From Candidatus Hadarchaeota archaeon (GTDB lineage Archaea; CAYQAE01; CAYVLA01), in contig CAYVLA010000060.1 in NCBI GenBank assembly GCA_964452145.1, forward strand, positions 1 through 19,577: a stretch of DNA of 19,577 bases, read 5' to 3'. The position numbers were made by a program, and so were the translations under genes. Of the stretch, positions 8,109 through 16,749 are shown piece by piece. Positions within the stretch are counted from its first letter, which is position 1; every line of letters begins with the position of its first letter. The notes under the pieces are model-generated. The model had not been told where the DNA came from, did not search any database, and was given only the letters and a program-made list of their open reading frames with translations.

Positions 8109-9911
8109 TTGCGCGCCACCGACGAACCGACACATCCTCTGACCTCCTATATTCACGACTCTGGCACCCGAGTCAATCAGAACCGGGCAGGTCTAAACCA
8201 CTGGTACGAGTACGTCAGAGAGATCCTCGAGCGGATTGGCGTCATGGCTGGGCCCGTCACCAGAGATGCCGTCGAAGCTGGTCTCCTCCCGGGTGCCACC
8301 CGCGTCCTAGTTGTGGCGAGTCTGCGCGAGAAACCGGTGAGCGAGAGGATGGCCATGAATCTGGACGCCTGGGTCAAAGCGGGAGGAACCCTCATAGGTT
8401 TTGCCACCGAAGGGCTGGACAACCTGTTCGGAAACACCTACCTCTCGACCGCACACCAGGTCGATGACTTCTCTCCATCCGGGTATTTCGACCTCAGGCC
8501 TCATCCACTCACGATCGGGGTGCACTCCTCCCTGCATCCGCAGCAGAGGTTGCTGATATTCTCCGAAATACGCAAAGTGAACCCCGTGGGTTGCTCCGAG
8601 GTCTCCAGGCTCTACGGCCAGAATGGGCGAGACACCCTGTGCCCCGCAATAACTGCGAGGGAACACGGATCGGGAATGGCGTGTTACTTTGCCTTTGACG
8701 TCCCCAAGACGATCTGGGTATTGCATCAGGGACGGCCCATTCTCGCCGACTACGACGGGGACGGGCGATACCGAACGAGCGACAAAGTGGTGATAGGGGC
8801 CAATGAGTCGGAGGTCCTCTACGCCGATGAGATACTCTTCCTTCTGCAGAACATGATGGCTAGGTCCGGGCAACCCATCATCCACCAGATCCCCCCGGCA
8901 GGCGGATTGGTACCGGATGCCCTCTTCCATTGGGGCGGAGACGATGAGGGCAGGGCTGGAAGCCAGGTTTTTGCCTCGAACTGGATGAAGAGCAGGGGCC
9001 TTCCCTTCCATATGAACCTTATGCCCGATGCGCACGGGCAGTTTGCTCTAGGCCCGGAGGAAGCCGAGGCCATAGAGTCAAACGGCCATGAAATCTCCCT
9101 CCACATCAACCTGCTCCATGGGGGGTACCAGCATCCTCTGGATTTCGCTGTGTCCGATATCAGGTGTCAAGTTGAGGCGTTCCGCAACAGATTCGGAAGG
9201 CATCCTGTGTGTGCGAATTTTCACTGTACTCTGTGGACCGATTGGGCAAGACCCGCTGAGTGGATGCTGGATTCTGGGATCGAAGCCGACAACAGCCACG
9301 TTCACGTTGCGTCTCCTCCCTCCAATCCTATCAACCTTCTCGGATTCTCGTTTGGGACCTCCTATCCCTACCATCTCTACTCGGATCATTCAGGAGAGAA
9401 TAGGAGAATAGACCTCCTCATCCTGCCCATAACCGCCTACGAGACCGGCTATACGAGGGAGGGTTGCACGACCGACTTTCAGATGGTGCGGAAGGTTGTC
9501 GATATCGCAGCTCGGTACCACCTGACCATGAACATGTTCTACCATACCGTCTGCATACAGGATTATCCGGCCTGTCGGGACGCCATAGATGAGGTTCTGC
9601 GCTACATCAAGGAAAGGGGAATCGCGGCTAGGCACATGGGAAACGACGAGTTGTGCTTCTGGTGGAAGGAGAGATCAAGAGCAGCCATACACGATTTCCG
9701 AGAGGAAGCTGAAGGAATCTCTTTCGACGCTGAGTGTGACTATCCAGACGGCGTGATCGTCAAGGTGCCCCTGCGGGAGACCCGCGCGCTGACTGCCAGT
9801 TGCGACGGGTCCGATGCCGTATTCCAGAACAGGGAGGAGTTCGGCCAGAACTGGGTCTTCGTCATTTCCCCGCGCGGTCGACACCACATCAAGATCGGCG
9901 TGGGTCGGTGA
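8109..9911 (+). CDS. Two-domain protein: N-terminal GATase1-like (beta-galactosidase trimerisation-like) domain and C-terminal NodB/CE4-like polysaccharide deacetylase domain
   Basis: The N-terminal half has LDAWVKAGGTLIGF..GLDNLFG and PAITAREHGSGMACYFAFD. The C-terminal half has the acidic pair WGGDDEG, GHEISLH, FHCTLW, GTSYPY and MFYH, as in NodB-like barrels. 600-aa ORF with a TTG start, GGTGTGA upstream and no signal peptide. Confidence 0.65.
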   Translation: MRATDEPTHPLTSYIHDSGTRVNQNRAGLNHWYEYVREILERIGVMAGPVTRDAVEAGLLPGATRVLVVASLREKPVSERMAMNLDAWVKAGGTLIGFATEGLDNLFGNTYLSTAHQVDDFSPSGYFDLRPHPLTIGVHSSLHPQQRLLIFSEIRKVNPVGCSEVSRLYGQNGRDTLCPAITAREHGSGMACYFAFDVPKTIWVLHQGRPILADYDGDGRYRTSDKVVIGANESEVLYADEILFLLQNMMARSGQPIIHQIPPAGGLVPDALFHWGGDDEGRAGSQVFASNWMKSRGLPFHMNLMPDAHGQFALGPEEAEAIESNGHEISLHINLLHGGYQHPLDFAVSDIRCQVEAFRNRFGRHPVCANFHCTLWTDWARPAEWMLDSGIEADNSHVHVASPPSNPINLLGFSFGTSYPYHLYSDHSGENRRIDLLILPITAYETGYTREGCTTDFQMVRKVVDIAARYHLTMNMFYHTVCIQDYPACRDAIDEVLRYIKERGIAARHMGNDELCFWWKERSRAAIHDFREEAEGISFDAECDYPDGVIVKVPLRETRALTASCDGSDAVFQNREEFGQNWVFVISPRGRHHIKIGVGR

Positions 9912-10004
9912 CTGATTGAGTCCTTGCCAGGATCCTTGCTGTTCATCCATCCTCCAGATCGCGCCGACCCAAGGGCTTCCGTCGAGAGCCCGTATCTGTG
10001 CACG

Positions 10005-10988
10005 TTAGGTGCTGAGGGCACCGATGATGGTGTCCAGGTGGACGGTGAACTCGGCGGTTATCTCTATTATGCTCTGCAGGCTGCGATGGGGGGCGATGTT
10101 CATCCAGTAGCCTTCGGGATACTGATGCTGCACGAAGTAGTCCGCGACCTTCATCGAAAGATCGCAGTATTGCGCCTCCTTTGTGATTTGATAGAGCAGG
10201 GCAGACCCCCAGCCGACCTTGCACACCTGGGGGGCCGAGAACAGGTGGGTGCATCTGGTGGCGAACTCGATGTATTTTTTCGCAAGCTCGAGGTACCTCC
10301 CCTCCGCCGTGGCCATGTGGAGCCTGCAGAGAAAGGCGGCGGCTATGCCGGCTTGGAAGTAGTACTGTCTCGGTCGGTCTGCATCGATGCAGTAGAATGT
10401 GGCCTTCTCCTCGGGGAAGTCGGTCACCAACCCCTTGCCCGGTCGGTAGACGAAGTAGAGCCTCTGGCTCCAGTCGGGCTGCAGCTTGTACATGGTTTCA
10501 AGGAAGACAGCCACTTTTCGTGCTTGCTCGAGATGTCCCGTGAGCAGGCATGTCAGGCCGGCTTGAGAGGTACACCATATGTCCTCCTCGCCGCCGGGAC
10601 CCGTTTGCTCCTTCCTGTTGAGGAATCCGCCGGAATGCCTATCCTGGAATGCCAGAAGGAACCGCATGCCTCTGTACGATAGGTCGAACTGGCGGAGCAT
10701 GTGGGCACCGTAGATGAGGTTGGCGTTGGGATAGGTGTAGTAGTCAGCGCATTCCTCCCTGCTGTATCTGCCGGCGAAGTCCCCTTCGTCACTGAACATG
10801 TTGCTCCTTATCCATTCCAGGAGCATGCATGCTTCAGAGATGTGGCCTGTGACGGCGAAGGCCCAAGGAACCCTGTAGTAGAAGATGCCCTTCTCGTAGG
10901 GGCCGATGGAGCCGTCGGGGTTCCGCTGCCCGAGAACCCATTGGATGCCCTTTCTTCTCGCCTCGATCATGTCCTCCAAGCTGACCAT
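10005..10988 (-). CDS. Hypothetical (alpha/alpha)-toroid protein with prenyltransferase/squalene-oxidase-like repeats
   Basis: Repeats KGIQWVLGQRNPDGS, GMRFLLAFQDRHSGGF and VADYFVQHQYPEGYW; helical and aromatic-rich. GGAGTGA lies upstream of the ATG. Confidence 0.7.
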   Translation of the reverse strand: MVSLEDMIEARRKGIQWVLGQRNPDGSIGPYEKGIFYYRVPWAFAVTGHISEACMLLEWIRSNMFSDEGDFAGRYSREECADYYTYPNANLIYGAHMLRQFDLSYRGMRFLLAFQDRHSGGFLNRKEQTGPGGEEDIWCTSQAGLTCLLTGHLEQARKVAVFLETMYKLQPDWSQRLYFVYRPGKGLVTDFPEEKATFYCIDADRPRQYYFQAGIAAAFLCRLHMATAEGRYLELAKKYIEFATRCTHLFSAPQVCKVGWGSALLYQITKEAQYCDLSMKVADYFVQHQYPEGYWMNIAPHRSLQSIIEITAEFTVHLDTIIGALST

Positions 10989-11078
10989 GTTGATTCACTC
11001 CATCGCCCAGCGTAGGATATGCTAATAAGGATCACGTCAATCTGTGTGCCCGGGCGCGCGACATCGAAGTGATGGGTC

Positions 11079-12251
11079 ATGGACCAGATTAGTATGGGTG
11101 TTGTTGGGCTGGGGCATCGAGGCCTGGCATGGATTCGGCTTCTCGAGCGAATGGATGGCTATCGCATAACCGCCGTTTGTGATCGAATCCCGGCGTTGCA
11201 TGAACGGGCACTATCGCAGATGGCCGATCGCAGTCACGTCAGGGCCTACGTTGGCTATGAGGAGATGCTGGCGGATGAGAATGTCGAGGCAATCGGCCTG
11301 TGCGTTCGTTGTAGAGAGCAGGGCGCAATGGCTGCCGAGGGGCTTGAGTCCGGGAAACACGTCAACTCCGAAGTGCCTGCCGCACACAACATGAAGGATT
11401 GCTGGCGGATAGTAACCGCCGTTGAGAGGACCGGGCTGGTCTACCAGCTCGCCGAACAGACAAGGTACTGGGGCTTCGTGGATGCCTGGCGGGACTTGGT
11501 GAGCCAGGGCAGGCTCGGGCACGTGACATACTGTGAGGGTCAGTACTTCCATTACATAACCCCGTTGGTGGCCTTCCAGGACCCTGTAACTGGACAGTTC
11601 TACGACGCCTCCGAGGGGCCTTCCCACCCGGGGGCCAACCCAAGCTGGCTGTACCACATGCCTCCGATCCACTACCTGCCCCACGAACTCAGCCCCATGC
11701 TCAAAGTTCTGGATGACCGGGTCGTCGAGGTCGTCGGCATGAGCACCGCATCGCCGAGCCGCGCCCACCCCGAGCTGCCGCAGCCCGATATGCAGGTGGC
11801 GCTCATGAAGACCGAGAAGGATGCCATACTGCGGATGGCAGCCAGCTTCGCTCAGCCCTTTCCGCCGAGGGACAACCACTGGTACCAGGTCATCGGAACC
11901 CGAGGATGTCTGGAGCTCGGCCGTTCGTACGACGATCGGCCTAAGATGTGGCTGGCCGGCATGCAGATGCACGGGCTCGCGGAGGTCGACTGGAGGTACG
12001 AGCGGACAGAGGCCCCACACGAGGCCAGGGGAAGCGGACACGGGGGCGCCGACTACTACGTCCATGTCGCCTTCCGGGATGCGGTCATGGGGATCAGGCC
12101 CCTGGAATTCGATGTCTACAAAGCGATGGACACTGCCGCACCGGCGATCCTGGCAGCGGAGTCCATTGCGCGGGGATGCAAGCTGATGCGGGTTCCGGAT
12201 TTCAGGCCCGGAGGCAAGCGGTCATCCGGGGATGCCCCGAAACGGACCTGA
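11079..12251 (+). CDS. Gfo/Idh/MocA-family NAD-dependent oxidoreductase, GH109-like
   Basis: Rossmann motif GVVGLGHRG, then GKHVNSEVPAA..CW (EVP rather than EKP), CEGQYFH, YLPHELSP, GHGGADY and the C-terminal DVY...ESIARG..VPDF. Confidence 0.85.
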   Translation: MDQISMGVVGLGHRGLAWIRLLERMDGYRITAVCDRIPALHERALSQMADRSHVRAYVGYEEMLADENVEAIGLCVRCREQGAMAAEGLESGKHVNSEVPAAHNMKDCWRIVTAVERTGLVYQLAEQTRYWGFVDAWRDLVSQGRLGHVTYCEGQYFHYITPLVAFQDPVTGQFYDASEGPSHPGANPSWLYHMPPIHYLPHELSPMLKVLDDRVVEVVGMSTASPSRAHPELPQPDMQVALMKTEKDAILRMAASFAQPFPPRDNHWYQVIGTRGCLELGRSYDDRPKMWLAGMQMHGLAEVDWRYERTEAPHEARGSGHGGADYYVHVAFRDAVMGIRPLEFDVYKAMDTAAPAILAAESIARGCKLMRVPDFRPGGKRSSGDAPKRT

Positions 12252-12574
12252 CTGAGCTTACAACCGCTCTTAATCTGCATTCACCGTGACCCCAGGTGCC
12301 TTCAGGACCGGCACCGTTCGTCCAAAGACCTGCACGCGATGCCCCCTCGAGGGAGGATGCTCGGGGTGTGAACACCGCACTTGCACATGCGCTGACGGGA
12401 ATCATCGCCTTCGGGCCCGAACTCGTGTCACGAAGGCGCATATGCTCACAAGTCCCCTCAAAGGTTGTTGAGACCCTGCTAGGTTACCTTGCCATCTCCG
12501 TCCGCGGCGAACCGGGATTATGCCACGAGCTCGCTCGGGAGACTTGTCATCGCCCTTTCGCCAGCCAGAGGCCC

Positions 12575-13828
12575 TCAGCGCACGCGTCGGGCGAGCATTG
12601 TCGTGGTTGTCTGGCGGTAGAGTTGCCTTCTGACCATCAGGGTCCAGAGGGCGAAACCCGAGATGCAGAGAACGGAGGAAACTACAAGCCACTCCACCAG
12701 GTAGACCCAGAAGAGTGCGAGGTTCTTTATCTCCACGGCCGTCTTCTCGGCCCGGGCGAATCTGTCCAGCACACCGCTCATGTGCTCCTGGCACCTCAAG
12801 AAGTCTAGGTCTATGTAGTATTGAACGCCCTCCTGATACAACCGGTCCAGCTCGACTATCTGTTCTTCGATCGCCTGCGTCTTGGCCCCGAATGCGTCGA
12901 TGAAGTCCCTCAGCGACAGGAGGATCCCCCGGCGCATGTTGAATTGTATGACGCTGGATCTGGCCATGTGGAAAATCTGGACATCCTCGATCAGTTTCCT
13001 CACAGTCGAGTAGAAGATCATGTTGATCAGGATTTCGGGGCAGTATGGGTTGTCCGGGTAGTTGAACCAACCGCCCGGAATTAGGCTCCCGCACGTGTAG
13101 GTTCTTCCCTTCTCGTAGTCCCACACAGCGAGGTAGGGCTCTTGGCTGGGAAAGTGACCGTACTGCCATGCGAGCGTTGCCGCTCCCTCCCGAGGTATCA
13201 CGACGCTGGACACGCCCCAGCAGGGCGCCTTCTCCACCCCAAATGGCAGGAAGATGGTGAGAAGGGGATCACGAAAATCCCTGTCTATCGCCACGCGGAA
13301 GGCTAGCAGGCTGGCTCTCGCTCCGCCCCTCCCTGCTACCGCAGGGGCGTCGTTGGGGAAGGCTTGCTGGGTCTGGGAGTTGGCCCAGGCGGTCATTATC
13401 GTGGAGATGACGCTGAACACGCTGTTGTCGTTGATCCCGCCGGTCCCCTCACGGATCGAGTTGTACATCCACCTGTCCTGCTCCGGAGACAGAAGATTGT
13501 ACTCGACAGCGGTGAGGATTATGAAGCCAAAGCTCCTCATCGCCTCGTATGTACGAGGGAAGTAGAGCCTGATGTACTTCCGGGCATCCTCAAATGTCCC
13601 AACATCACTGCGGCACGGAACCACCACGGTGTCGACGAAAGGCTCGCCGCCCGCCAGCCTGCGAAGTGCATTGATCTGACCGATTTCCCCGACAAGTAGC
13701 ATCCGGGTCTTCTGGGCGTGGCACAAAGTCGGGTGTACCAAGAGAAGGAGAATGGCCAGCACCAACGATCCCCGACATATCGGGATGGAATCCAGATCGA
13801 AATGCCAAGCAATCCCGGAAAACACCAA
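12575..13828 (-). CDS. Secreted, C-terminally membrane-anchored protein with a GATase1-like (DUF1355-like) domain; paralog of 15490..16749
   Basis: Signal-like SLVLAILLLLVHPTLCHA, then YFPRTYE..FIIL and PYLAVWDYEKGRT, a helical stalk, TM segment LFWVYLVEWLVVSSVLCISGFALWTLMV and basic tail RRQLYR. The exact start is uncertain. Confidence 0.75.
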   Translation of the reverse strand: MVFSGIAWHFDLDSIPICRGSLVLAILLLLVHPTLCHAQKTRMLLVGEIGQINALRRLAGGEPFVDTVVVPCRSDVGTFEDARKYIRLYFPRTYEAMRSFGFIILTAVEYNLLSPEQDRWMYNSIREGTGGINDNSVFSVISTIMTAWANSQTQQAFPNDAPAVAGRGGARASLLAFRVAIDRDFRDPLLTIFLPFGVEKAPCWGVSSVVIPREGAATLAWQYGHFPSQEPYLAVWDYEKGRTYTCGSLIPGGWFNYPDNPYCPEILINMIFYSTVRKLIEDVQIFHMARSSVIQFNMRRGILLSLRDFIDAFGAKTQAIEEQIVELDRLYQEGVQYYIDLDFLRCQEHMSGVLDRFARAEKTAVEIKNLALFWVYLVEWLVVSSVLCISGFALWTLMVRRQLYRQTTTTMLARRVR

Positions 13829-13897
13829 GCACTTCTTCCCCTGAAGCCTACGACCGCGTCCCCCTTATGGCACTCGGGTCGAGGACGCAGCGAGATG

Positions 13898-13912
13898 ATA
13901 TATATTTTGGGC
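13898..13912. promoter_or_regulatory. Strong TATA-like element (minus strand CCCAAAATATATAT)
   Basis: ATATATAT at 13898-13905 in a GC-rich background, with an A-rich BRE-like flank on the minus strand, about 70 nt upstream of the 12575..13828 gene. Confidence 0.5.
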
Positions 13913-14215
13913 TGGGCTTTGAGCCCAAGCTCGGGGGCCCGTGGTGGCCCCCCGCCCGAGCATCTTGGTCGCCAAGGCGGGGCAGCGGGACTCGGTCCTG
14001 CGGACCATGGGGAGAACCGAGGTGGCCGCCGACTCGCGGCAACGTCCGCGAACGGTGACGACCTTCATCAACGTCCGTGCGATCAGCTTGTCAGGATTGG
14101 GCATGGGCGTTGCGGACCGCACGATGCACGCATCCAAGTAGGGAAGACCGGACCCGGTGGAATGTCCTTGTCAAGCGTGCCCCGGGTCTTGGGGCGTTAT
14201 CTGAGGGCCCCACGG

Positions 14216-15088
14216 TCAGGGCCCATTGGGTTTGCCGCATCCTGCGCCGAGCACCCTCCACTCGTTGCAGTAGATATTGATCCTGTCCCTTCTGGCGAAC
14301 CCGACGAGGGCTATGCCGGAGAGCTTGGCGATCTCGACGGCCAGCGTCGTGGTGGCGCCCCGGGACGCCAGGACCGGGATTCCAGCGGCGTGGCACTTCG
14401 CCACCATCTCGGAGCTGGCCCTCCCGGTTGTGACGACGAAGCACCGAGCCAGACGGCAGCCCTGCATGGCGGCCTTCCCAACGGCCTTGTCCAGCGCATT
14501 GTGCCTGCCGATGTCATCACACAGGCCAACCCGGTGGGGGGCCGCTCGGGGATCGCGTTCGGGAGCCGAGAAGATCCCGCAAGTGTGGACCCCTCCGGTC
14601 AGGCGGTGCACCTGCGAATCTTCAATGGCTTCGACCGCCCCCTGCAACTGCTCATAGTCGAGGGTGAGGTCGGATTCCACCTTCCCGGTCTTCTCAGGTT
14701 TGGAAGGCGGGCGGCCTGAGCCGCCGAAGCAGGCGCTGAATATCACCTTCCTCATGATGGATTCCCGCGGCTCAACCCGCAGTTCCACCTCGGCCCAGCC
14801 TTCCCCTACCGAGTAGTTCTCGATGTCCTGGGGACCATCGATGTGGCCCTCGCATATGAGGTGTCCGACAACGAACTCGTGGATCTCGCTGGGGCTGATG
14901 GTAACGTCGACGGCATGTTTCCCGTTGATGAATATCGCGAAGGGTTCCTCTACGGGAATCAAGTCCTGAAAGCTTTCCTGGCTTACCCTCCTAAGCCTCC
15001 TGCAGACGATTCGAGAGGCGATCACCGTAAGCGTCTCGGTGTCGGTTGTGGCTGGATCATTCTCCGAATCCGTACGGTCCGTGGTCAC
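14216..15088 (-). CDS. fdhD: Formate dehydrogenase accessory sulfurtransferase FdhD
   Basis: Motifs VEEP, FVVGHLICEG, SACFG, TGGVH, DDIGRHNALDKAVG, TTGRASSEMVAK and ATTTLAV..A...GIALVGFAR. GTG start with GGTGA upstream, and TATATA at about 15125-15130. Confidence 0.93.
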   Translation of the reverse strand: MTTDRTDSENDPATTDTETLTVIASRIVCRRLRRVSQESFQDLIPVEEPFAIFINGKHAVDVTISPSEIHEFVVGHLICEGHIDGPQDIENYSVGEGWAEVELRVEPRESIMRKVIFSACFGGSGRPPSKPEKTGKVESDLTLDYEQLQGAVEAIEDSQVHRLTGGVHTCGIFSAPERDPRAAPHRVGLCDDIGRHNALDKAVGKAAMQGCRLARCFVVTTGRASSEMVAKCHAAGIPVLASRGATTTLAVEIAKLSGIALVGFARRDRINIYCNEWRVLGAGCGKPNGP

Positions 15089-15489
15089 CTTCTCACCCGA
15101 TCATGCAACGGTGTGGAGTTGGTGTATATAGCTTGTCCCCAGGGCAGATCAGGGCATGCAGGGTCTGCCAGAGGTCGAGGGGCACAGCGCGGACACGGAA
15201 TCCCTTGCTCTCATGGGTCCTGATCAATCCCGGCAGTCCAAAGAGGCACAGCTCGGGGCCCGCTTCGGAGAGGTTGGTTGACTCGCGGACCTTACAGGGG
15301 CACCGAATCGGTGGCCAATCGTCTAGACGACCACCCGTACCCATCCACCGATGCAGGGCGCGACGATGAACACGACTCGATGGGTCGCGTGAGAAGACGG
15401 GCAGTCTATTCGGGCATGTTTTGGCTCTGGTCTGTCTCCGTCAAGACCGCATGCGACGCCCCCAAACCGACGCTTGCGCCTGAGGAGGA

Positions 15490-16749
15490 CTACCACGTCG
15501 CCTCTCTTTCTAGGCGGGAGGATCTCACTTCCCTATAAAGCGTCCGCCGCACCATGAGTGTCCAAAGCGTGTAGCTGGCGATCAGGAAAGTGCCCATGAG
15601 AATGCACCACTCCGTAAGGTAGATCCATAGCATTGCCTCATCCTTGGCTTTCATTGCCAGTATTCGGATTCGGTCTTGCCTTGCCTCGGCGTCGCCCAGC
15701 AGGGCAAGGGCCGCGTCAAAGCTTCCCGCAAGGTAGGCCTCCTCCGCATCCGAGCCTGCATTCCTCAAGGCGTCGAGTTCCTGCCTCAGCTTGCCGGGAT
15801 TGCCCCCGAACTTCTCCACCCAGTCAAGGATGGAGTCGATCAGCGAGCTTCTCTGATGGAACGCGACAAAGGAATTCATGACCTCCCGGAAGAGAAAAGG
15901 ATCCTCGGGCAGCTGCTTGTCGGCCGTCCTGTAAACCAAGTACATCATCGCCTGGGGAAACAGGGTCCAACCGTCCACCCAGGGCTGCACCCCCACTGGG
16001 AACTTGCTTGCGAAGTTCAGAACCGCGCCTTTCCCGTTCTGCCAGTAGGTCATAAAAGGGTGGGTCTCAAAGGGACTCCGCAGCTCGGCCCAAAGACTGG
16101 CGCCATCCCTGGGAATCTGGGCGTTGACGTTAGCCAGTGGGGGCGTCCTCTCCCATGGCAGAGCCTTCATCAGGGCCTCGTCACGGTCCACGATCCGGAC
16201 CTGGAACGCTCTCTCGCGGGTGTACTGCCCCGGTGCCTGCTCGGCGGGCAGGATGTCTGCCAGGGTGGTCCCGACCCACCCAACTGCGACCTCTTCGACG
16301 ATGCTGCCCAGCCACAGCAGGCCCAGCCCGCCTTTGGGCACCGAGTCCGAGAGCCAGCCGATCCAATTGGCCGTGAAAACAAGGCGATCTGCGTCGCTCA
16401 TCAGGATGAGATCGTACTTCTCGATGAGGTCGGAGTAGGTTCGCGGCATGTACGCTCGCATGTTGCGGTAGGCGTTTTCGTATCCTGCGAGGTAGTCGGG
16501 TCTTGAAGGGATCATGGTCGTCCGGATCGCCGGGTCGTAGTCGATCACGGTGAAGCTGTTGTACGTGCCGTACTGTTGGATGACGTCCCCAAGGCAGATG
16601 ACCCTGGTGGTTCCGTCCGGGCCGATCCTCGCAGCCATCAAGGCAGGTGCTTCGAGCAAAGAGAACAGGAAGATGACCAGGGCTGCTCGGAGCCTTTCAT
16701 CGATGATCTTACCCTCTTCTGCAACACTTCGGCCGGCAACATTGAGCAT
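15490..16749 (-). CDS. Secreted, C-terminally membrane-anchored protein with a GATase1-like (DUF1355-like) domain; paralog of 12575..13828
   Basis: Signal-like RLRAALVIFLFSLLEAPALMA, then YMPRTYSDLIEKYDLILMSD, GGLGLLWLG and PFMTYWQNGKG, TM segment MLWIYLTEWCILMGTFLIASYTLWTLMV and tail RRTLYR. The ORF extends to ATG 16833; ATG 16749 is preferred because AAAGGTTATC (16777-16786) lies about 30 nt upstream of it. Confidence 0.75.
   Translation of the reverse strand: MLNVAGRSVAEEGKIIDERLRAALVIFLFSLLEAPALMAARIGPDGTTRVICLGDVIQQYGTYNSFTVIDYDPAIRTTMIPSRPDYLAGYENAYRNMRAYMPRTYSDLIEKYDLILMSDADRLVFTANWIGWLSDSVPKGGLGLLWLGSIVEEVAVGWVGTTLADILPAEQAPGQYTRERAFQVRIVDRDEALMKALPWERTPPLANVNAQIPRDGASLWAELRSPFETHPFMTYWQNGKGAVLNFASKFPVGVQPWVDGWTLFPQAMMYLVYRTADKQLPEDPFLFREVMNSFVAFHQRSSLIDSILDWVEKFGGNPGKLRQELDALRNAGSDAEEAYLAGSFDAALALLGDAEARQDRIRILAMKAKDEAMLWIYLTEWCILMGTFLIASYTLWTLMVRRTLYREVRSSRLEREATW

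Noticed and set aside
10005..10988. Squalene-hopene cyclase call
   Set aside because: The protein is about half the size of a cyclase and lacks the DXDD catalytic motif; only the generic QW-like repeats are shared.
13907..14215. SRP RNA, RNase P RNA or tRNA
   Set aside because: No SRP helix-8 GGAA/AGCA motif, no GAGGAAAGUCC, and no cloverleaf or T-loop recognised on either strand.
15141..15166. Short AGGGCA/AGGGTC triplet repeat, considered as a CRISPR or iteron array
   Set aside because: The units are only 5-6 bp with 3-4 bp spacers, far too short and expected by chance.
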